A DNA stretch of 49,453 nt from Rhodospirillaceae bacterium. GTDB lineage: Bacteria; Pseudomonadota; Gammaproteobacteria; Steroidobacterales; Rariloculaceae. A program made the translations under genes and the position numbers. The notes beneath the pieces are model-generated. The model ran no database searches. It was not told the origin of the DNA and saw nothing but the letters and a program-made list of their open reading frames with translations. The stretch spans positions 1 through 49,453 of the forward strand of contig JBBIJV010000003.1 in assembly GCA_037445815.1 (NCBI GenBank). The letters run 5' to 3'. Shown one piece after another: positions 9,552 through 19,197 of the stretch (position 1 is its first letter; each line of letters opens with the position of its first letter).

Positions 9552-11903
9552 GTGCAGACCAGACGACTTGGATTGACCGCCCTGCTGGGCGCGCTGGCCA
9601 CGGGCTGCGGCATGATCGGCAACGACGCGGAGCAGAGCCGCGCGACGGTGGAAAAGGCGTGCCTCGACTGCCACAACTCGGCGGAGCGAACCGCCGGCCT
9701 GAATCTGGAGTCGCGCAACTTCGACGCCGTGGCAGCCGACGCCGAAACCTGGGAGAAGGTGATCCACAAGCTGCGTGCGGGGCTCATGCCGCCGGCGGAC
9801 GGCGGCGCGCCGCTCGATCCCGAAGAGCGCAGCGAGCTCGTCACCTGGCTCGAGAACGAGATCGACGCGCACGCCGAGCTGCACTTGCCGCCCCCGGGCC
9901 TGCACCGCCTGAACCGCACCGAATACTCGAACGCGATCCGCGATCTCTTGGCGCTCGACATCGACGCCACGAAATTCCTGCCCGCCGACGATTCGAGCCA
10001 CGGGTTCGACAACATGGCCGGCACGTTGACGACCTCGCCGGCCCTCATGGAGGCGTACCTCTCCGCAGCCGGCAAAATCAGCCGGCTCGCGATCGGCACC
10101 GAGACCGCGCCGACGCTGGCCGTGTTCGACGCCCCGCACGACACCTCGCAGAACGGCTACATCGAAGGGCTGCCGTTCGGCACGCGCGGCGGCATGTTGA
10201 TCGAGCACGAGTTCCCGGCCGACGGCAACTACGTCTTCACCGTCAAGGGCATGACCGGCTACTTCACGGCCGTGCTCGGCAACGTGCGCGGCGAGCAGCT
10301 CGAGGTTTCGGTCGACGGCAGGCGCGTGTATCTGTTCGACTGGGACAAGGAGATCGCGCCGAACGAAGGCAACGGCGGCCGTACGCCGGAGATCCCGATC
10401 TCGGCCGGCTTCCACAAGATCGGCGTCACGTTCATCGCGACGAGCGATTTGCCGGACACGGGCCTCAACAAGTCGTTCGTCCGCACGATGAACTCGCCGG
10501 GCGCCATCTCGGGCTACACGTTCTACCCGCACGTGGGCCAGGTGTTCATCGAAGGGCCGTTCGACGGCCTCCAGGCCACGAGCACGCAGAGCCGCGAGCG
10601 CATCTTCGAGTGCTATCCCAAGGAGAGCAGCGAGGAGCGCGAGTGTGCGCGCCGAATCATCTCGACGCTCACGACCAAAGCGTTCCGCCGTCCGTCGACC
10701 GAGGCCGACGTCGAGGACATCATGAGCTTCTTCAAGGCGGGCCGCGAAGAGGGCGGCAGCTTCGACTACGGCATCGAGGCGGCGATCCAGCGCATCCTCG
10801 CGGACCCCGAGTTCATCTACCGCTCCGAGATCGAGCCCGAAGACGTCGCTCCAGGCTCGCCTTACCGCATCAGCGACCTCGAGCTCGCTTCGCGGCTCTC
10901 GTTCTTCCTCTGGAGTAGCATTCCGGACGAGGAGCTCATCGAGCTCGCGGCGAGAAACCGCCTGCACGAGGAGAAGGTGCTCGAGCAGCAAGTGGCGCGC
11001 ATGATCGCCGACCCGCGCTCGAACGCGTTCATCGAGAACTTCACGGGGCAGTGGCTGAACGTTCGCGGCATGATGGCCAGCGAGCCGGTCGTCGATCTGT
11101 TCCCGGACTTCGATAGCACCTTGCGGCAAGCGTTTCGCCGCGAGATCGAGCTGTTCTTCGCCAGCGTCATCCACGAAGACCGCAGCATCCTCGATTTGCT
11201 GACCGCGGATTACACGTTCGTCAACGAGCGGCTCGCGAGGCACTACGGCATCCGCGGCGTGTACGGGCCCCAGTTCCGCCGCGTGGAGCTCGGGCCGGAG
11301 CTCGACATGCGCCGCGGGCTTCTCGGCAAGGGCGCCCTGCTCACGATGACGTCCGACGCGGCGCGCACGTCGCCCGTCAAGCGCGGCAAGTGGTACCTCG
11401 AGACCTTCTTGGGTATCGGCCCGCCCGATCCGCCGCCGGGCGTCGAAACGGATCTGACGCCTAACGACGGCGAGGCCCCGAAGACGCTGCGGGCGCGGCT
11501 CGAGGCGCACCGCGTGAACCCGACGTGTGCGTCGTGCCATCAGATCTTCGAGCCGATGGGGCTCGCCATGGAGAATTTCGATGCCGTCGGTGCGTGGCGG
11601 ACGACCGACGCGGGCCAGCCGATCGATCCGACGGGCGTCACGAACGACGGCGTTCCGCTGACGGGCCTCGAAAGCTTGCGCGATTACGCCGTCGCCAACA
11701 GCGAGCTGTTCGCGCAAGCCGTGACGGAGAAATTGCTGACGTATGCGATCGGCCGCGGCTTGGGATACGAGGACATGCCGCTCGTGCGGTCGATTGCGGA
11801 CGACGCCGCCGAGGACGACTATCGGTTCTCGTCGCTCCTCATGGGCGTCATTCAGAGCCCGGCCTTCACGATGAACATGAAGACCGCGGCGAACGAGGAG
11901 TAA
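9552..11903 (+). CDS. DUF1592/DUF1588/DUF1587/DUF1595/DUF1585-type cytochrome c lipoprotein
   Basis: GTG 9552 with lipobox LATGC; CLDCH and CASCH heme-c motifs; family motifs WEKV..KLRAGLMPP, HRLNRTEY, LASRLSFFLWSSIPD, NFTGQWL, RTSPVKRG, ENFDAVG. Confidence 0.9.
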   Translation: MQTRRLGLTALLGALATGCGMIGNDAEQSRATVEKACLDCHNSAERTAGLNLESRNFDAVAADAETWEKVIHKLRAGLMPPADGGAPLDPEERSELVTWLENEIDAHAELHLPPPGLHRLNRTEYSNAIRDLLALDIDATKFLPADDSSHGFDNMAGTLTTSPALMEAYLSAAGKISRLAIGTETAPTLAVFDAPHDTSQNGYIEGLPFGTRGGMLIEHEFPADGNYVFTVKGMTGYFTAVLGNVRGEQLEVSVDGRRVYLFDWDKEIAPNEGNGGRTPEIPISAGFHKIGVTFIATSDLPDTGLNKSFVRTMNSPGAISGYTFYPHVGQVFIEGPFDGLQATSTQSRERIFECYPKESSEERECARRIISTLTTKAFRRPSTEADVEDIMSFFKAGREEGGSFDYGIEAAIQRILADPEFIYRSEIEPEDVAPGSPYRISDLELASRLSFFLWSSIPDEELIELAARNRLHEEKVLEQQVARMIADPRSNAFIENFTGQWLNVRGMMASEPVVDLFPDFDSTLRQAFRREIELFFASVIHEDRSILDLLTADYTFVNERLARHYGIRGVYGPQFRRVELGPELDMRRGLLGKGALLTMTSDAARTSPVKRGKWYLETFLGIGPPDPPPGVETDLTPNDGEAPKTLRARLEAHRVNPTCASCHQIFEPMGLAMENFDAVGAWRTTDAGQPIDPTGVTNDGVPLTGLESLRDYAVANSELFAQAVTEKLLTYAIGRGLGYEDMPLVRSIADDAAEDDYRFSSLLMGVIQSPAFTMNMKTAANEE

Positions 11904-11907
11904 TGCG

Positions 11908-13263
11908 ATGGCGATGTTCATCACGAAGAAGCACATACCACGACGAACGTTCCTGAAGGGCGCAGGCGTGGCTTTGGGCCTCCCGCTGCTCGAGTCGATG
12001 TTTCCCGCTGCGACGGCGCTCGCGCAAGCCGCCGCGGCTCCGCCGCGGCGCTTCTTCGCCGGCTTCGTTCCACACGGCGCGGCACCCGGCTACTGGGTGC
12101 CCGACAAGGAAGGCGCGTTGCCGGCCGAGCTGCCGTATATCTGGCAGCCGCTCGAGCCCTTCCGCCACAGCCTGACGATCCTCACGGGCTTGCACTCGAC
12201 CTCGTCCGAGCCGCCGCCCGGCGAGACCGGCGCCGACCACTGGGTGGCCGCTGCGTTCCTGTGCGCGGAGAAGCCGAAAAAGACGGCGGGCGCCGATGTA
12301 CGCGCCGGCCACACGATCGACCAGATCATCGCGGAGAAGATCGGCCGCGAGACGCTGCTGCCGTCGCTCGAAATGTCGGTCGAGGATCCGGGCTCCGGCG
12401 CCAGCAACTGCGGCGAGGGCTACAGCTGCGTGTACACGAACACGATCTCGTGGGCGTCGCCGACGACGCCGTTGCCGATGGAGCTGAACCCGCAGGTGGT
12501 GTTCGAGCGGCTGTTCGGCAGCGGCAGCACGCCCGAGCAGCGTGTGGCGCGCCGCGAGCGCAATCAAAGCATCCTCGACTCCATCAACAGCAAGATCGCG
12601 CATCTGCGTGCCGAGATCAGCGTTCCGGACCGTTCGCGTCTCGACGCGTTCACGGAGAACGTTCGCGAGATCGAGCGCCGTCTCGAGATCGCCGCGAAGG
12701 CGACGACGGCGGCACCCGAGGATATCGACGTGCCGCCCGGCATTCCGCAGTCGTTCGACGAGCACATCAAGCTGATGTTCGACCTGCTCGCGCTCGCGTT
12801 CCAGGCCGACCTCACGCGGGTCGGCACGCTGCTCTTCGCGCGCGATCTCACGGGACGCCGCTATCCGGAGAGCGAAGCCCCGAACGCGGGCTTCCACGGC
12901 GTGTCGCATCACGGCGAGGACCCGTCGCTGATCAAGGAGCTCGCGAAGATCAACCGCTATCACGTACAGATGGTGGGATACCTGGCCGACAAGCTCTCGA
13001 AAATCGAGGAAGCCGACGGCACGCTGCTCGACCATTCGCTGCTGCTCTACGGCAGCAATATGGGCAACCCGAATCAGCATCTGCACTACGACGTGCCGCA
13101 CATCCTCATCGGCAAGAACCACGGGCGCCTGAAAGGCAACCGCCACCTCGCATATCCCACGAAGACGATCTCGACGGGCAACCTGCTCTTGAGCCTGCTC
13201 GATCAGTTCGATATCCACCGCGACAGCTTCGGCGACAGCACGGGACGACTCGAGAACGTATAG
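11908..13263 (+). CDS. DUF1552 (HXXSHH) family Tat-exported protein
   Basis: Tat motif PRRTFLKGAG..LPLLESM; TIDQIIA, CGEGYSCVYTNTISW, NPQVVFERLFG, FHGVSHH, GDSTG. Confidence 0.92.
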   Translation: MAMFITKKHIPRRTFLKGAGVALGLPLLESMFPAATALAQAAAAPPRRFFAGFVPHGAAPGYWVPDKEGALPAELPYIWQPLEPFRHSLTILTGLHSTSSEPPPGETGADHWVAAAFLCAEKPKKTAGADVRAGHTIDQIIAEKIGRETLLPSLEMSVEDPGSGASNCGEGYSCVYTNTISWASPTTPLPMELNPQVVFERLFGSGSTPEQRVARRERNQSILDSINSKIAHLRAEISVPDRSRLDAFTENVREIERRLEIAAKATTAAPEDIDVPPGIPQSFDEHIKLMFDLLALAFQADLTRVGTLLFARDLTGRRYPESEAPNAGFHGVSHHGEDPSLIKELAKINRYHVQMVGYLADKLSKIEEADGTLLDHSLLLYGSNMGNPNQHLHYDVPHILIGKNHGRLKGNRHLAYPTKTISTGNLLLSLLDQFDIHRDSFGDSTGRLENV

Positions 13264-13267
13264 GCGC

Positions 13268-15109
13268 ATGCGCAACCAGAGACGTGTCGGAACGCGATCG
13301 ATCGTCGGCCTCAAAGCCGTCGCGCTTGCGTGGGCTCTCGCGCTCGCGCAAGCCGCACTCGCGCAGACGGACGTGGCCGACGCCGCCATGCGGCACGACG
13401 TGGAACGGGTGCGCGCGCTCCTGCGGGACGGCGCGGACGTGAACGCCGCGCAACCCGACGGCGCCACGGCACTGCACTGGGCGGCGTACCACCGCGATCC
13501 CGACCTCGCCCGGCTGCTCACCGAAGCGGGTGCCGACGTCTCGGCCGCGAATCGCAACGGCTCGACGCCGATGTGGCTGGCTGCGAGCCAGGGCGACGCC
13601 GCGACGGTGCGCGTTTTGCTCGACGGCGGCGCGGACGCGAACGAGGCGCTCCCGCTCGGCAGGAGACCGCTGATGCTGGCCGCCCGCTCCGGCAGCGTCG
13701 AGGCCGTGCGCGCGTTGCTCGATCGCGGCGCGAACCCGAACGCCCGCGAAGACGCTCGCGGCACCACGGCTCTGATGCAAGCGGCCGATCAAGGCCATGC
13801 CGACGTCATCGAGATTCTCGTCGAGCACGGCGCCGACGTGGCGGCGGTGTCTGCCCCCGTCGTCCGTGACGGGCGCACGGCGGCGCTCGGCAAGTCAGAC
13901 GACCCGCGGCGCGCCGTACGGCGGCAAGTCATCGCGATTCTGTGCGACCAGGAATCGCCGGATTTGAGCAAGCTGCAAGAGCTGATCGCCGCGAGCAGCG
14001 AAGACGCGGTGTTGGCTGCGGCCGCGGGAGAATCGAGCAACGAGTCCGATCCGTGCAACCTCGAACGCGACAACTTGGGGTTCGTGCTCGAAGCGAGCGG
14101 CGGCGGCCGGCGCAACCGCGGGCAGAGGGAGCCCGACGGCGGTGAGATCACGCCGCTCGTCTATGCCGCGCGCGCCGGCCACATCGAGGCCGCCCGCGTG
14201 CTGCTCGAAGCCGGCGCCGACGTGAATCAGGTGACGCGCTACGGCTGGAGCCCGCTGCTCGCCGCTACTCAGAACCGCAATTATCAGATGGGCAAGTTCC
14301 TCATCGAGCACGGCGCCGACGTCAACATCGCAAACAAGGGCGGCTGGACGCCGCTGTACCTCGCCACCGACAACCGCAACCTCGAAGGCGGCGACTACCC
14401 CACGCGCACGCCCGACATGGATCATCTCGAGTACATCAAGCTGCTGCTCGACGCCGGCGCCGACCCGAACGCGCAGTTGATCGAAAGCACAGAGACGCGC
14501 ACGGTTTTCACGAACCAGTGGCTCGATGAGGAAGGCGCGACGGCCTTCCTACGCGCTTCGCAATCCGGCGACCTCGAGCTCATGAAGCTGCTGCTCGAGC
14601 GCGGCGCCGACCCCCACATCTACACGAAGCTCGGCGTCACGCCGCTCGCTGTGGCCGCCGGCATCGGCTGGGTCGAGGGCATCACCTACGAGCATTCGCC
14701 GGAGGAAACGGTCGAGGCCGTCAAGCTGCTGCTCGAGCTCGGCATCGACCCGAACTACCAGGCCGACACGGGACGCGTCGCGCTGCACGGCGCGGCGCAC
14801 AAGGGCGCGACGGAAGTCGTGCGCGTGCTCGTCGCGGCCGGCGCGCGCATGGACATCCGCGACTTCGGCAATACCGACAATCGAGGCAGCCCCGAGCTCG
14901 CGGCGCACACGTGGCTGCCGATCGACTACGCGGACGGGCTCGTGCGCGTGGGCGTGCAGTCTGCGATTGCGCATCCCGAGACTGCGAAGGTGCTGCGCGA
15001 GCTGATGCGCGAAGCGGGGCTCGAGCCGCCCCCGGAAGGACGCACGCTCGAGTCGATCTGCATCGTCGAAGTCTGCTCGCCGGACTACAACCCGATCGAG
15101 ATCAACTGA
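13268..15109 (+). CDS. Secreted ankyrin-repeat protein
   Basis: Signal peptide ...AQAALA-Q; many ankyrin repeats (GATALHWAA, GSTPMWLAA, GTTALMQAA, GWSPLLAA, GWTPLYLA, GVTPLAVAA, GRVALHGAA). Confidence 0.93.
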   Translation: MRNQRRVGTRSIVGLKAVALAWALALAQAALAQTDVADAAMRHDVERVRALLRDGADVNAAQPDGATALHWAAYHRDPDLARLLTEAGADVSAANRNGSTPMWLAASQGDAATVRVLLDGGADANEALPLGRRPLMLAARSGSVEAVRALLDRGANPNAREDARGTTALMQAADQGHADVIEILVEHGADVAAVSAPVVRDGRTAALGKSDDPRRAVRRQVIAILCDQESPDLSKLQELIAASSEDAVLAAAAGESSNESDPCNLERDNLGFVLEASGGGRRNRGQREPDGGEITPLVYAARAGHIEAARVLLEAGADVNQVTRYGWSPLLAATQNRNYQMGKFLIEHGADVNIANKGGWTPLYLATDNRNLEGGDYPTRTPDMDHLEYIKLLLDAGADPNAQLIESTETRTVFTNQWLDEEGATAFLRASQSGDLELMKLLLERGADPHIYTKLGVTPLAVAAGIGWVEGITYEHSPEETVEAVKLLLELGIDPNYQADTGRVALHGAAHKGATEVVRVLVAAGARMDIRDFGNTDNRGSPELAAHTWLPIDYADGLVRVGVQSAIAHPETAKVLRELMREAGLEPPPEGRTLESICIVEVCSPDYNPIEIN

Positions 15110-15176
15110 GCCCGCTCGCGAGGGATTCGCCACCGGATCCTGCCTCACTTTGACGCATTTGGCGTTGTGCCAGGCG

Positions 15177-15278
15177 GTACGCGAGTCCGCCGTCGACGAG
15201 GACGGCGATCTGCGCGCCATGGAGCTCGTCGACCACCCGTTCTTCGCTTGCACGCTGTTGCGGCCCGAGCGCCGGCGC
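15177..15278 (+). pseudogene. Remnant of a CTP-synthase-like glutamine amidotransferase C-terminus
   Basis: DEDGDLRAMELVDHPFFACTLLRPER resembles the family motif D.DG.VRAVEL..HPFFVATLFQPER; there is no N-terminal part and the flanking translation is not protein-like. Confidence 0.6.
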
Positions 15279-15552
15279 GGTTGTCGCCAGCGGCGCGCCG
15301 CCCGTCCGAGCGGCGCGCAAGTGCAGCCGCATCGTAAATGCAGATCGCTGATTGGCACGGCTGAAGCGAGGTGTCTGATGTGCCGACCGATGGCGTTGCC
15401 CCGTAAACGCAGACCCTGCCAAGCGCTGATCGATGATCGCAGCGCCTTCCTCGTGACTCTCGGGAGCAGGAAGGCCATCGATCGCGGCGGATCGTTGGTG
15501 GTATTTGAATATCGCATTTACAATCACTCTCTATCCGCGTAAGCTATTGAAT

Positions 15553-16737
15553 GTGATTGAGAGGACCGTCTCGAGAATCGTGCTGGAGGCCGCCAGCCGA
15601 GCCCCAGTCGTCGTGTTGACCGGACCGCGGCAGTCGGGCAAGTCGACCCTCTGCGGTGCCTTGTTCCCGGACAAGCCGCTGGTATCGCTCGAAGACCCGG
15701 ACCAACGTGCGTTTGCGTTGACCGACCCGCGAGGCTTTCTCACCCGCTACGCGTCGGGCGCCGTGCTCGATGAGATCCAGCGCGCCCCAGACATCCCGTC
15801 CTACCTGCAAGGTATCGTGGATGCCGACCCCGAGCCTGGACGCTTCGTTCTCACCGGCTCCGAGAATCTCACGTTGAGCGCGACGATCGGGCAGAGCCTC
15901 GCCGGGCGAGCAGCCGTCGTTCACGTACTGCCATGCTCGTATGCCGAAGTTCGCAGGTTCGACTCCGCGCCCACGGACCTCGCCACCGTCCTCTGGTCGG
16001 GCGGCTATCCGCGCATTCACGACCGCAAGCTCGCGCCGAACGCGTGGCTCGCAGACTATGTGCGGACGTACGTCGAGCGCGATCTGCGGCAGATCGTCAA
16101 CGTCACGGACCTCGGCGCCTTCCAAACTTTTCTCGGGCTATGCGCCGGCCGCACGGCGCAAGTGCTCAACGCGTCGAGCCTCGGCAACGACGCCGGCGTG
16201 ACGCATCCCACGGCGCGCCGTTGGCTCTCGATTCTCGAGACGTGCTTCGTAACTCATCTGCTGCGGCCCTTCTATCGCAACCTCGGCAAACGCCTGATCA
16301 AGGCACCGAAGCTCCACTTCTGGGACAGCGGCCTACTGTGCTTCCTGCTCGGTATCCGCGACCCCGAGCAGCTTCACACGCACCCGCTGCGCGGCGCCGT
16401 CTTCGAATCGTGGGTCGTGAGCGAAGTGCAGAAGGAGCTGATCGCCCGCGGGGTGCAACATCAAGCGCTCTACTTCAGGGATCAGAAGGGTCACGAAGTG
16501 GACATGCTCGTCGAGCTCGGCGCTCGCACACTCGGCATCGAGTGCAAGGCCGGAGCGACGTTCCCGAGCGATGCGTTCGCCGAGCTCGAGTTTTTCGCCG
16601 CGGCCGCCCGCAGCGATTCACTGCTCGGAACCCTGATCCCGGCTGTCGTCTATGGCGGCAACGACACTCATCAGCGCAGCGACGGCGCCGCCGTTGCGTG
16701 GTCCGATATCGAGTCTTGGCTCGAACAACTCGTGTGA
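15553..16737 (+). CDS. AAA_14/DUF4143 family ATP-binding protein with C-terminal PD-(D/E)xK-like motif
   Basis: GTG start MIERT; Walker A GPRQSGKST, Walker B LDEIQR, LTGS, GGYP, TYVERDL, KAPKLHFWDSG, EVD...IECK. Confidence 0.92.
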   Translation: MIERTVSRIVLEAASRAPVVVLTGPRQSGKSTLCGALFPDKPLVSLEDPDQRAFALTDPRGFLTRYASGAVLDEIQRAPDIPSYLQGIVDADPEPGRFVLTGSENLTLSATIGQSLAGRAAVVHVLPCSYAEVRRFDSAPTDLATVLWSGGYPRIHDRKLAPNAWLADYVRTYVERDLRQIVNVTDLGAFQTFLGLCAGRTAQVLNASSLGNDAGVTHPTARRWLSILETCFVTHLLRPFYRNLGKRLIKAPKLHFWDSGLLCFLLGIRDPEQLHTHPLRGAVFESWVVSEVQKELIARGVQHQALYFRDQKGHEVDMLVELGARTLGIECKAGATFPSDAFAELEFFAAAARSDSLLGTLIPAVVYGGNDTHQRSDGAAVAWSDIESWLEQLV

Positions 16738-16839
16738 CGCCGCCCCTCTGCCGTTGTCGTTTCCGCGGTCGCCGCATAAGCTGACCTCGAGCGCGAGCCG
16801 GCCGCGCCCCGAATCGAACCTACGCCGGCGGGGGGAAGC

Positions 16840-17721
16840 GTGGACGTCGGTTTCGTAGGCCTCGGTGCCATGGGTCAAGTGATCGTGCCGCGGCTCATCG
16901 CCGCGGGGCACAAGGTCACGGGCTGGAACAGATCGCGCGAGCGCGGCGCGCCGCTCGAGGAGCTCGGGATGCGCGTGGCCGAGACGCCGGCCGCCGTCGC
17001 CGCGGCGTCGGAGGTCACGTTCTCGATCGTCACGGACGGCGCCGCCGTCAAAGAGATCGCGCTGGGACCGAACGGCGTCATCGAAGGAATCCGCCCGGGC
17101 GGCGTCTACGTCGACATGGGCACCATCGCGCCCGACGTCACGCGGTTCGTCGCGGCGGAGTTCAAGAAGCGCGGTTTCGAGATGCTCGACGCCCCGCTCT
17201 CGGGCAGTCCCGTCACGGTGCAGCAAGGCAATGCCTCGCTGATGATCGGCGGCGACAAGGCGACTTTCGAGCGCATCGAGCCGTTGCTGCGCGCGATCGG
17301 GCCGAAAGTCACGTACATCGGCGCCAGCGGCCAGGCTTCCGTCATGAAGCTCGCAGTGAACGCGCTCTTGATGGTCGAGGTCATCGCGTTCGGCGAGGCG
17401 GTCGCGCTCGCCGAAAAAGGGGGCGTCGCGCGCGAGATCGCGCTCGACGCAGTGCTGAAGAGCGTCACGGCGGCGCCGGTGCTCGGCTACCGCGGCCCGT
17501 TCATCCTCGAAGGCAAGATGCCGGCCGTGCCGCTCGCCGACGTCACGCTTCAACAGAAGGACATGCTGCTCGTGCTCGAGATGGCGCGAAAGTCCGGCAG
17601 CCCCACGCCGCTCGCGGCCGTCGCGAACGAGATGATGAACGCTTGCCGCGGGCTCGGACTCGACCGCAACGATTTCGTCGTCGCGCACCAGGTGTACCGC
17701 AAGCTCGGGGGGCAATCGTGA
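16840..17721 (+). CDS. NAD(P)-dependent beta-hydroxyacid dehydrogenase (3-hydroxyisobutyrate/tartronate semialdehyde reductase family)
   Basis: VGFVGLGAMG, DAPLSG, catalytic MKLAVN, KDM. Confidence 0.92.
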   Translation: MDVGFVGLGAMGQVIVPRLIAAGHKVTGWNRSRERGAPLEELGMRVAETPAAVAAASEVTFSIVTDGAAVKEIALGPNGVIEGIRPGGVYVDMGTIAPDVTRFVAAEFKKRGFEMLDAPLSGSPVTVQQGNASLMIGGDKATFERIEPLLRAIGPKVTYIGASGQASVMKLAVNALLMVEVIAFGEAVALAEKGGVAREIALDAVLKSVTAAPVLGYRGPFILEGKMPAVPLADVTLQQKDMLLVLEMARKSGSPTPLAAVANEMMNACRGLGLDRNDFVVAHQVYRKLGGQS

Positions 17722-18161
17722 GCGAGCAGAAACCCACGCCGGGGCCGAAGCTGCCACCGTACGGCCGCTCGATCACGCTGGCCGAGGCGAAGCGAGCCGC
17801 CGCGGCGGCGCTCGAGCCCGCGAAAGCGAATGGCTGGACCGTCGCCGTCGCCATCGTCGATCCCGGCGGCCACCTCGTGTATCTCGAGAAGCTCGACGAG
17901 ACGCAGGTCGGCAGCGTGCCCGTCGCCGAGGCGAAGGCGCGCTCGGCCGCCATCTACAAGCGCCCGACGAAGATGCTGCAAGACGTGCTCGCGCGCGGCG
18001 GCGACGGCTTGCGCGTGCTGCGCCTCGAAGGCGCGATTCCCGTCGAAGGCGGCGTGCCGCTCTTGGTCGACGGCAAGCTCGTCGGCGCGCTCGGCATCTC
18101 CGGCGGCTCGAGCGCCGAGGACGAGGCGTGCGCCGTGGCCGGAGCTGCGGCTTTGAGTTGA
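17718..18161 (+). CDS. GlcG/HbpS family heme-binding protein
   Basis: GTGA overlap with the upstream stop; VAIVDPGG, KARSA, GGVPL, GALGISG, ED..CA. Confidence 0.9.
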   Translation: MSEQKPTPGPKLPPYGRSITLAEAKRAAAAALEPAKANGWTVAVAIVDPGGHLVYLEKLDETQVGSVPVAEAKARSAAIYKRPTKMLQDVLARGGDGLRVLRLEGAIPVEGGVPLLVDGKLVGALGISGGSSAEDEACAVAGAAALS

Positions 18162-18194
18162 GGCTGGCGAAACGACGCGCCGGAGGAACCGAAG

Positions 18195-19184
18195 ATGATG
18201 AGTCAATGGATTCGAGCGGCGGCCCTACTCCTCGCGGGCGTGCTCCTTTGCGCCACGGCGCCCGCGCAGCAACCGATCGTCATCAAGTTTCCGCACGACC
18301 TGGCCCCGACGACGCCGAAGGGCCAAGGCGCCGAGCGCTTCAAAGCGCTCGCGGAGGCCGCCTTGCCGGGCCGCGTGCGCGTCGAGGTGTATCCGTCCGC
18401 GAGCCTCATGGACGACCAAACCTCGCTCGAGGCGCTCGCGTTCGGCGAGATCCAGATGATCGCGATCTCGCTGTCGAAGCTCGACCGGCTCACGAAGCGC
18501 TTTCAAATCTTCGATCTGCCGTTCCTGTTCACGGACTTGGCGCACGTCGAGGCCTTCCAGGCGAGCCCGGCCGGCCGGAAGCTCCTTAGCGAGCTCGACG
18601 GCAAGGGCATTCACGGGCTCGCGTATTGGCACAACGGCACGAAGCACATGACGGCGAACAAGCCGCTGCGCTTGCCGTCGGATGCCCGAGGCCTCAAGTT
18701 CCGAATTCAAGATTCCGACGTGCTGCTCGCGCAGTTCCGCGCGATCGGCGGCAACCCGCAGAAGATGCCGTACGGCGAGACCTACCAGGCGCTGCAGCTC
18801 GGCGCCGTCGACGCGCAGGAAAACACCTGGTCGAACATCTACGCGAGCAAATTCCACGAGGTGCAGGCCTACGCGACGGAGACGAACCACGGCTACATCG
18901 GCTACCTCGTCGCCGTGAATCCCGATGCGTGGCGCAAGCTGCCGGCCGACGTGCGCGCGGCGCTCGAGAAGGCGCTCGCCGAGGCCACGCAGTTCGTGAA
19001 CTCGACCGCGCGCCACATCAACGAGGAGGCGCGCAGCGCGGCGCTCGCATCCGGACGCATGCAGCTCGTCGAGCTCGACGACGAAGCGCGCACCGCATGG
19101 CGCGCAGCGATGCGCCCGGTCTGGGATCAATTCGCGGCGGGCATCGGCTCCGAGCTGCTGGAAGCGGCCGGCGCGGCCCGCTGA
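18195..19184 (+). CDS. dctP: TRAP transporter substrate-binding protein (C4-dicarboxylate type)
   Basis: Signal peptide; IKFPH..TPKG, FDLPFLF, GLKFRIQ (conserved carboxylate-binding Arg), QENTWSN. Confidence 0.92.
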   Translation: MMSQWIRAAALLLAGVLLCATAPAQQPIVIKFPHDLAPTTPKGQGAERFKALAEAALPGRVRVEVYPSASLMDDQTSLEALAFGEIQMIAISLSKLDRLTKRFQIFDLPFLFTDLAHVEAFQASPAGRKLLSELDGKGIHGLAYWHNGTKHMTANKPLRLPSDARGLKFRIQDSDVLLAQFRAIGGNPQKMPYGETYQALQLGAVDAQENTWSNIYASKFHEVQAYATETNHGYIGYLVAVNPDAWRKLPADVRAALEKALAEATQFVNSTARHINEEARSAALASGRMQLVELDDEARTAWRAAMRPVWDQFAAGIGSELLEAAGAAR

Positions 19185-19197
19185 TCGACCGGCTCGC

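Noticed and set aside
15352-15368. Sigma54 promoter (TGGCAC-N5-AAGC)
   Set aside because: The -12 element lacks TTGC and there is no supporting context.
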